From Eledone cirrhosa (lineage: Eukaryota): 64,000 nt of DNA. The notes under the pieces are model-generated. The model was given only the letters and a program-made list of their open reading frames with translations, did no database searches and was not told the DNA's origin. Each line of letters begins with the position of its first letter. Position 1 is the first letter of the stretch. The stretch is from assembly GCA_964016885.1 (NCBI GenBank), contig OZ024743.1, positions 220,782,001 through 220,846,000 of the forward strand. The letters run 5' to 3'. The translations under genes were made by a program, and so were the position numbers. Below, piece after piece: positions 54,501 through 64,000 of this stretch.

Positions 54501-54979
54501 TACCGGGGGGCACTGCCGGTTAGGGATAAACGCTACAGGCACGGAAGTGCTGTCAGACGGACCTGCCCAAGATGCGCACAAAACGACGAAATCGTTCTGC
54601 GCGCACTTGTCCAATGTCCGTGCATTACTGACTTGTGGAGTTATGTTGAACAGCTACTGTCGCGTGTGGAACGAATCCGGCTATCGGCCGAGTCCATAGT
54701 GAAGATCGACCCGCCGCCTTCCTTAGGTCAGGAAGAGCAGGAAATTTTCCTCTGTCTGGTGGCAGTTGCGAAAGAGGTTATATGGTGGACCAGATTAAAA
54801 GGACTGAAGACAGACACTTTTCTCTTCGGCCAATCCCTCATCAACTTCTTCAAGTTTCACCTGGAAAGGAAGGTGAGGGTGGAGAGAGAAGTGCTGCCCC
54901 CCAGTATTTTGCTAAAAGGTGGATGAATGTGGCGAGAATGGCTCGTGTGAATGGGCCTACTCTGACCATGCGCCTATAG
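51585..54979 (+). pseudogene. ORF2 (APE endonuclease, reverse transcriptase, zinc finger), multiple frameshifts
   Basis: APE motifs GSLNVRG, VSETR, VYAP, SYIDRIF, YSDHK; RT motifs KSPDLDGLP, NFRPIILLN, LDQSKAFDR, SAYADD; GGLGMP; CPRC zinc finger; split over several frames. Confidence 0.95.
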
Positions 54980-55408
54980 GCTAGCTAACTTGAGGAGAGG
55001 GGTACTCTCCCTGGGTGCCCTAGAAGCGCAGGGTGGTTCAGGATTGGTGGGGTACCAGAGTCACCCCAGGGTCGTCCACCCCCTATCGGGGAATTTAGTT
55101 TGTTATATTTATGCATAGTTTATTTTATATATTTATATTTTCATTGTTAAATTAGTCTTGCCATTGTGCACTTTTACTCGACCTTATTGTAAACCCCCAC
55201 CGTCCCTGTCTTTGTGTTGTCCCCTACATGTCGTCCCTTGTGGCTAATAAATGAAATCATTATTATTATTATTATTATGGGTACCTTTATTATCATACAA
55301 TTAACAATTTCGTACGCGAAATCTGAAAATTGCAAAGAAAAATATTCATGGTCGAAGAATTCTCTTCTTCTTCTTATTATTATTACTGTTGTTACCCGCC
55401 CGCCCCCC

Positions 55409-55456
<48 letters not shown>

Positions 55457-55593
55457 AGAGTTAAACAAGGTTCAATGAATACATCAAAGAATGAGTTTTA
55501 CAATAGACTGGAAGCACTCATCGAGATGTTTTCCAGAGTTATTAATATTAATTCAAAATATTAACAAAATAGATATTCTTGTGATCAATTATA

Positions 55594-55656
55594 TTTTATT
55601 ATACATATTTCAGAGGTACTGAGTTAAGTTCAATAGTACGTCCTCATCAGATAAAA
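55594..55656 (-). ncRNA. Decayed hammerhead motif in a (TA)n-embedded insert (about 55455-55696)
   Basis: Minus strand CTGATGA-GGA C GTACT...AGTAC C TCT-GAAA-TAT-GTA then TAATAAAA; perfect 18-bp fold-back (55656-55696) at the inferred 5' end. Confidence 0.65.
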
Positions 55657-56584
55657 TAAAATGATACATGACAGGGTATGTCATGTATCATTTTATATAT
55701 ATATATATATATATATGTAAGGGTGGGTCTTCTAATAGTTATTGATCGTGAAAATTATTTAATAATTTTCGAAAATTTAATCACTGTTGAGGTATGCATA
55801 AATTTATTTATTTATTTATTTTTGTTCATATTTATTTTTTCTAATTATGTTTAATTATTGATCTATTTGTTTATTATAATTTAATTTCTAGATGTCATTC
55901 TTCAACACCATTGTAATATAAATCTTTTCACTCGTCTATGAAACTATCTTTTATTCTTTTACTGATTCCAATTATTTGACAGCCCTGCCTTTCAGATATT
56001 TCAATTCTAACGAGTCCGACATATTTTTTTCCATGATTGGTACTTATTAGTAGCATACGAGCTGCTGATGTTTCTAACAGTAGGGATCTAACGATTCGGT
56101 TTCCTGCTCCCCCTAATATCTGTTTAAATCCCATATCATATAACAATTTCTCATCTGTATATAACTGCTTACACATGAACAAGGATACAGATTCATAGTA
56201 AAATTAAGTGCGGAATATCATCACATAACGTTGAACCCTTTTCCAAGCCATTACTGACGTAATTGAAGAAATGTGACATCAATTGAAAAAAGAAAAAAAG
56301 AATGATTTAAATATATTAAAGAAAATCCTGTCAAATAATGTTATTTTATGTTTCAGATGTTCTCTCGATGAAAACGTCACACTCAGGTTTCTAAATTTAT
56401 AATTCCTTATTGAAATATCAGATGTTAATGCATTGTCGTATTTTGAAAACAGAAGAGAAGGCAGCATGTGAACATGTATAGTGAACAACTCTGCGTTGCC
56501 GAATTTATTTCTGTGAGTTATTTAACAGAATTTAAATCTTAACATCAGACGATGAATTGTTGGTCATTATAAAACAATTATAAC

Positions 56585-56764
56585 GGACCAATCGGCAGAG
56601 TCGTTAGAACGTCGCATAGAATACTTTACGGTATTCGTTCCTGCACTCTGCTCTCGGAGTTCAAATCCCGCCGAGGTCAACTTTGCTTTTCATACTTTCG
56701 GGTTCGACAAAATAAAGTACCAGTAATGCCTGGGATAATTGCTGGCCTAATGCCAAACGTAGAA
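56585..56764 (+). mobile_element. S1-related SINE, diverged head
   Basis: GAGTTCAAATCCCGCCGAGGTCAACTTTGC...AAATAAAGTACCAGTAATG. Confidence 0.8.
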
Positions 56765-57007
56765 TCGATTATAACGTCGGATATATTATTTTGCATGCTT
56801 GTTTCGTTTCCCTGCGCACTGGGTTCAAATCAACCCGAGGTCAATTTTACCCATCATTCGTTCGGGAACCAATTCTTGACCTGATCGTTCCAACTCCTCT
56901 CTCTCACATTTTATTCTCAGCCGCCCTCTCTCTCAATCTCTGGAAGAAACAATCTATATTGACTCTTGGAGAGGAATGGTCTCTACCAGGTTCATACGTA
57001 TGTATGC

Positions 57008-57039
<32 letters not shown>

Positions 57040-57042
57040 TAT

Positions 57043-57650
57043 GTCAGGTCACCAGTTGGTGCTACTGGTAACATGTATCCCAGTACAACCTGTCCCATGG
57101 TCGGGTCGTTGGCGACTAAACTGGCAACCCCACCAAGGTTTCTTGGTGAGGAGGGTGACTTTGGACATCCTGCAGGACTAAAAACAAAACCTGTCAAAGG
57201 GCAAAGGAGCTCTTAAGAGTCAATGGCCATCCAAAATCACCGGGAGAGATGACCCCTTAGCCTTTGTCAAGGCAGAATTCTAGGAGAAGGAAAACTCTGA
57301 TATAACACCTGCAACCCTGATGGTATCCAATGATGTTGACTTGTTCTTCTTTTTGGTAAATATCATCTTGGTTAAGAGAGTGGGACTGGCTTTGTGCAGT
57401 GCCTTTGCTCACTATAAAAGCTTCACGGCACAGGCATTGCTTTATATCTGGAGATCTCTCTGCACTTGTCGTCACATGGTACCATGGGCCCAGCACTATG
57501 TGTCAGTAATTGTCACAAGTGTAGTGTTTGTACCAGAGTTTTCAAGTCGCTGGCTGGACTAAAAAGTCACACTCGTTCAGCGCATCGGTAGGGGTTCTCC
57601 TACATGGATATAAAGTAGTGGCCGTACTCGAAAACGAGTTGGCAGCCACC
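57043..57650 (+). mobile_element. Family A retroposon, full length, within (TATG)n
   Basis: Reverse complement of 11890-12487; 3' stem-loop GTGGC..ACTCG aaaa CGAGT..GCCAC immediately before the (ATGT)n tail. Confidence 0.9.
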
Positions 57651-57896
57651 ATGTATGTATGTATGTATGTATGTATGTATGTATGTATGTGTGTATGTAT
57701 GTGTGTATGTATGTATGTATGTATGTATGTATGTATGTATGTATGTTATCTCTTTCTCTTAATTTCGAGTATATTTCTTTTTACCGGCCACCTACCTGGT
57801 GGCAAGGTTGTATGTATGTATGTATGTATGTATGTATGTATGTATGTATGTATGTATGTATGTATGTATGTATGTATGTATGTATGCATGTATGTA

Positions 57897-58003
57897 TGTT
57901 ATTCTGGTTTTATAATTTCACAAATTCTTTCCCAATAGAGAGAGAGTCGGTTTCTAACATAGACACAAGACTCTCTCATTGGAATTTACACATCAACTAG
58001 GTA
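57897..58003 (-). mobile_element. Family C 3' end
   Basis: Reverse complement of 11049-11145. Confidence 0.75.
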
Positions 58004-58702
58004 TGCATGCATGTGTAGATATGGATGTTATTGTATGTGTGGATGTGGATGTTTTGAGTTGTATGTGTGCATGTGTATATGCTTTGTATCTGTACATGTG
58101 TATATACAGTCATTAGATGCAAAATGTTTGGAATGTTTTACATATTTTTACTGTTCCATTAATAGATTGTACTTGTAATTTCCTATGTATGTATGCATGT
58201 ATGTATGTATGTATGTATGTATGTATGTATGTATGTATGTATGTATGTGTGTGTACGTACGTACGTGTCTGTCTGTCTGTCTGTATGTATGTATATGGCA
58301 GGTCAACGTGGAAGAATATTACGGTACTCGGGTCGATTCTTTTTCTGGATCAAAACACCTAATAAAATAAAATACCAAAGTTTCATGTCGTCAACCTACT
58401 ATTTCATCAGGATATAAGGATCCTGTAATAATTGTATTCAGTCACTTCAATTCATATTTTGTAATGAGGGTCTTTTCCATCCACTGGAAAATAAATGGAC
58501 TCGAGTAATACTTTTGTAATCTAACTCGGTGATTCACAAAGGAGGAATTTTAGCTTATGGTAAAATTGGGGAGGGATATTAGTCAAGAGAAGAATTCAAA
58601 CTGAGAAAGGATAGTGAACATTGATAGTGATTATACATTAAACGAAATATCAATATCCCCAGTTATAAGGGTAATCACGTACTAACACTTCATAAAAGAT
58701 TA

Positions 58703-58878
58703 CCGTATTTCTCGGCGCGCTAGACGCTTCGTCCTCGAGGTCGCACCCTAATTTTGACAACCAAAAATTCGAAAAAAGAAAAAAAAATTATAAATAACCT
58801 TTGGTCTCCAGGACGGATGGTAGATTTTTGAGACTTATTTTAGGAAAAAAGTAGCGTCTTCGACGCCGGGAAATATGG
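58703..58878. mobile_element. Tc1/mariner-superfamily (pogo-like) MITE
   Basis: TA|CCGTATTTCTCGGCG ... CGCCGGGAAATATGG|TA. Confidence 0.85.
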
Positions 58879-59480
58879 TACTTGATTTAATAAATTGTTT
58901 TAATATTTAATACAATTAAAGGTATAATGCTGAAAAATTAATAGTTGATACTGAAGGAGAAACTCGAGAAACCAGGGACTGGAAGGAGAAAAACCTTATC
59001 CGAAACTCTGAGAACCATTTATCTAACTTAATATTGTAATTTGCTTTAATAAAAATGTTTAAATAAAATGTTAGAATCTAGGATTCCTATATCGAGATGT
59101 CCCCAAATATAAGCATCATTCTAAAAGCACACCGGTGATGGATATTTATTGCACTCTATTCATATACATCAAACTATCTAAGCATTTGAAGGTGGAACAT
59201 GTTAGCTGTCTATCTGGCTTAATAACTGAAGAAAATCCATGACAGTAGGAATTTGGTAATTCTATTAATATCTCAAGTATTCCATGTTCACCAGATTATA
59301 TTCAAATATCGTGTCACTGCCACAAGGATGTTTTGGATTTCACATTGAATATTGTTTTGGGTTTGTGTATATACACACATACACACACACACACACACAC
59401 AAAATACGCACTCATGTACACACATACACACTCATATATATATATGTATGTATAAATATCTACATATATATATATATATC

Positions 59481-59539
<59 letters not shown>

Positions 59540-60576
59540 TAATACATATTATAGTTTGTGTTCTATCTTCATTTTTTGTTATTGTTAATTATTTCTAAAG
59601 GAGCGTAAAACCTAAACTCTAAATCGAGTCGCAAAATAAAATAAAAGGGTGATATGAAAATAATAATAGTTTTGTGACATGTTCATGGATTAACCTATAG
59701 GAGCCCTGAAGAAATAAGAATCTAAAAATCTTTTAGCAGATTCTCTTATGGTTATGAAGCTTTATCTTCGTATTTCAGTATAACATTTAATACTGATGGA
59801 AACATTTTCTTAGTGTGTCTTAAGTTGTTTTCTCAGCATTCCATTAAATGTTATCAAAGAAATACTTTCCTAAAATATTTCCCATCGATAAATCCTTCAA
59901 TATCTATCTTGAAATGTCATTACTCAACTGTTGGCATTTATTTGGCTTTCTGTTGAGTAAAATATATTTTAAAAAATAACTCTGATTAACGCACTATATG
60001 AAATCTATTTTAAACTAAAATTTTATCTAATTAAACCTATATTCAAAAACAAAACTTTACTATAACCATCATAGTGAAATGCGCGTGGTCTATTGGTTAG
60101 GGTTTTGAATCACGAGCCTAAAGTTGTGAGTTCAATTCCACGATCGGGTACTGCATTGAGTTCTTGGGCATGTCATTCAATTTCTCGATAGGTTACATAA
60201 TAGTACTAAGACTCCTATCATTAATACTTATAATAAGACTTAAATAAAAATTCCCAAGAGGTGCAAGCTCACAGAAGACCAGATAAAACTTAATAATTGT
60301 GCGCTGTATATTTCATTTCATTTTTTATAACCATCATACAAGCTATGCGCCGCTCACCGATAGGCTTGGACTGGGACCCATAGCGGTACGTATAAATGGC
60401 AAAATAATTAAGCCATTTCGTTGTCATAATTCTAAAAAAAATCATCACACTGCCTCTAATTTTGAAATAATTTTGAAAATAATCAAGAATTTGTAGGGAC
60501 ATATTAATTTATCTAAATTCCTCGTTATTAAAAGCTGTTCTCCAGAACAGAACTTAATAAACGTTCGCGCATAAAA

Positions 60577-60748
60577 TAATTGTTTCTACTTTTGGCACAA
60601 GGCCAGCTATTACCCCAGTGTATTTTGGTACTTTATTTTATCGACCCCGTAAGGATGAAAGGCAAAGTTAACCTCGGCGGGATTTGAACTCAGAATGACA
60701 AGGTCCGTAACTCAATGCGTCAAAGCATCCGACCCTCTACCGATACTG
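60577..60748 (-). mobile_element. tRNA-derived SINE (family S1)
   Basis: S1 core match. Confidence 0.9.
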
Positions 60749-61550
60749 GATGGTTTTTGAAAAAATAAATATAAACACTTTAAAATGGGCTGTTTCATGC
60801 GATTTGGCTACAAACATGCTAAACCTAAATGCTAAAACCTAAAGCTGGTTTACTATTAAATTCATTATAGATTCTTAATTTTATCTCTAGATCAAAATTC
60901 GTCTCACTGGCTCGTAAAGAATTTCGTTGTTAATGATTGTCGTTTTCTAATTCACGTAGACATAATGAAGGAAGAATTGACAATTTATTACATCACTTGA
61001 GACGCTTGTTAGATTTTAATTTCCTGCCTTATAGAATGGAACTGACTGAGTAAATATATTTAGATGTGGATGTCATATTAAATTGACGGAACAGTCGTTG
61101 TAAGCTCAAATTAACTGCAATTGTTTTGCTGTAAATCCTATTTGTATTCTTAATACTACGTTGCTTGGATTAATTGCATAACAGGTGATATGTATTTGAA
61201 GGTGTAGATATAGTTAAGGAATTCGTTTCACGACCACAGCATGGTATCTTAGGAAAGTGTCTTCGACTATAGCCTAGAGTGGGCCAATGTCATGTGGAGG
61301 ATATATAATAGACAGGACCGTACGGAGGAGGCTTGTATAAATGTATATCTATATGTATGTAGGTATGCAAAGGGCGGTGGAACTCAGCAGAGTCAACGGC
61401 CATCCAAATAATACCCTTTTTTAGTAGTTTTTTTTCGCCTGGGAGTGAAAGGGCCTCAGTTGTTGTCACAACACCTTTCTAGGAGAGGGAAACTCTGGAA
61501 AAAAACCTGTAGCCCTATGTGTATTATTTACATGTAGGAACACATACTTT

Positions 61551-61647
<97 letters not shown>

Positions 61648-61909
61648 CCAGAGATACATACATATATATATATGCGTGTGTGTGTGAGTGTGTATGTGTG
61701 TATTCGTCTTCGTGTTTCTCTTTATGCTTTATATGTGTTTCGTAACTAAGTGCAAGGCATGAAGGTGTGGGTACTTGTGTTCGATATGATCAAATATATG
61801 AAGGCCATAGCAGTAGTCTAATGCTTGAAATCAGTAAAAGAATAATATAAAAGAAACGCCATAACGAATACATACGAAATATAGCACATCGAAATAGGTT
61901 AGATGATCA

Positions 61910-62426
61910 TAATTGTTTCTACTTTTAGCACGAGGCCAGCAATTATCCCAGTGCATTACTGGTACTTTATTTTATCGACCCCGTAAGGATGAAAGGCAAA
62001 GTTAACCTCGGCGGGATTTGAACTCAGACCGTAAAGGGACCTAACTATGCTGCAAAGCATGGCGTCCGACCCTCTACCGATACTGACAATTCACCGCCCA
62101 TGGCGTCCGACCCTCTACCAATACTGGCAATTCACCGCCCATGGCGTCCGACCCTCTACCGATACTGACAATTCACCGCCCATGGCGTCCGACCCTCTAC
62201 CGATACTGACAATTCACCGCCCATGGCGTCCGACCCTCTACCAATACTGGCAATTCACCGCCCATGGCGTCCGACCCTCTACCGATACTGACAATTCACC
62301 GCCCATGGCGTTCGACCCTCTACCAATACTGGCAATTCACCGCCCATGGCGTCCGACCCTCTACCGATACTGCCAATTCACCGCCCATGGCGTCCGACCC
62401 TCTACCGATACTGCCAATTCACCGCC
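61910..62426 (-). mobile_element. S1 SINE with 9 tandem copies of its 41-bp 5' head
   Basis: CATGGCGTCCGACCCTCTACC(G/A)ATACTG.CAATTCACCGCC x9 at 62058-62426. Confidence 0.95.
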
Positions 62427-62524
62427 ATCAGTTTCGATTATCATAATTTTCGATACTATTCAACAAAATCTAATTATAGAACTGAATAATAAATATAGCT
62501 AAAGTGTGTATACAATATAACCCC

Positions 62525-63115
62525 CAACTCACACACACACCTATCTATAGCATATCAACTCACACACACACACACACCTATCTATAGCATATCAACTCAC
62601 ACACACACCTATCTATAGCATATCAACTCACACACACACCTATCTATAGCATATCAACTCACACACACACCTATCTATAGCATATCAACTCACACACACA
62701 CCTATCTATAGCATATCAACTCACACACACACACAACTATCTATAGCATATCAACACACACACACAGCTATCTATAGCATATCAACTCACACACACACCT
62801 ATCTATGGCATATCAACTCACACACACACCTATCTATAGCATATCAACTCACACACACACACAACTATCTATAGCATATCAACACACACACACAGCTATC
62901 TATAGCATATCAACTCACACACACACACAACTATCTATAGCATATCAACACACACACACAGCTATCTATAGCATATCAACTCACACACACACACAACTAT
63001 CTATAGCATATCAACACACACACACACCTATCTATAGCATATCAACTCACACACACAACTATCTATAGCATATCAACTCACACACACACAGCTATCTATA
63101 GCATATCAACGCACA
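62525..63115. repeat. ~29-35-bp minisatellite CAACT(CA)nCCTATCTATAGCATAT
   Basis: Directly visible; unit length varies with the internal (CA)n. Confidence 0.92.
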
Positions 63116-63428
63116 CAAATAAATACAACAAAAAAGGCCAAGTGATTTCTATAAATTATAAACGTATATACCACAAATGGTAAAATATGAGTGCTGAATT
63201 TTCAAAGCGGAATCTAATATAGATGGAGAGATTGTTTGTACGTATGTATCTATACATACATATATACAGATAAATGCATGCACAAAAATATATGTATACA
63301 TATATATACATATATATATATATGTATATGTATATATGTATATATGTATGTATGTATATATATATATAGGTGAGTGTGTGTATATATGTATCTATGAGAG
63401 AGAGATGTATATATATGCATATATATGC

Positions 63429-63510
<82 letters not shown>

Positions 63511-63548
63511 ATCTCTTTCTCTCTCTCTATATATAATATATATATATA

Positions 63549-63682
<134 letters not shown>

Positions 63683-63900
63683 TATATAGTGTAATCCTAC
63701 AAATTCTTTGCCTCGCATCTCCATGTTGATTTACGTCCTTTCAAGCGCTGTAAAAGCAGGTTGAAGGCGAAAAGCCATTAACAAACCAAATTATAGATTC
63801 ATTACGTAAGTATGTTACGAAACACAGTTAAGTCAATCATTTTTCCTGGCATTTTTTGCTTTGATTAATGAAATATATATATATATATATATATAATTAC

Positions 63901-63953
<53 letters not shown>

Positions 63954-64000
63954 GTAAACAATCTACCACATTCTGAGAAATGGTATGAGCATAGGCCAGA

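Larger units (their letters stand above)
50025..55258 (+). mobile_element. Near-full-length decayed Tx1/L1-like LINE
   Basis: ORF1 remnant with CCHC knuckle; ORF2 with APE, RT and C-terminal zinc finger; 3' UTR ending GGCTAATAAATGAAATC(ATT)n. Confidence 0.95.

Noticed and set aside
58370-58415. Minus-strand CTGATGA...GAAAC TTTG GTA as a hammerhead
   Set aside because: No stem I pairing, weak stem II, and it overlaps decayed SINE-like sequence.

Overview
AT-rich, repeat-saturated eukaryotic DNA with no recognisable host protein-coding gene, rRNA/tRNA gene or CRISPR array. The SINE families and microsatellite load suggest an octopus/cephalopod genome (inference from recalled repeat sequences, not checked). 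Almost every ORF in the supplied track is a microsatellite artefact. The real coding remnants are retroelements: a decayed ~5.2 kb Tx1/L1-like LINE (50.0-55.3 kb) plus four 3' fragments, an RTE 3' fragment with a 10-bp TSD, a CRE-like fragment and the GIY-YIG C-terminus of a Penelope-like element (PLE). Also present are many tRNA-derived SINEs, three MITEs, a 3.7 kb 15-mer satellite and several minisatellites. The most striking signal is non-coding. At least seven well-formed and several decayed type I hammerhead ribozyme motifs, from several unrelated families, lie in short, mostly ORF-less inserts in or near (TA)n tracts. Several inserts share one architecture: about 1.2-1.3 tandem units plus an inverted 5' copy. 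This fits non-autonomous PLE or retrozyme-like elements. The retroelement families also appear to partition by microsatellite: PLE-type in (TA)n, one Tx1 lineage in (TATC)n, another in (ATT)n, and an RTE-like non-coding family in (TACA)n. All structures were derived by eye; no folding, alignment or database search was run.
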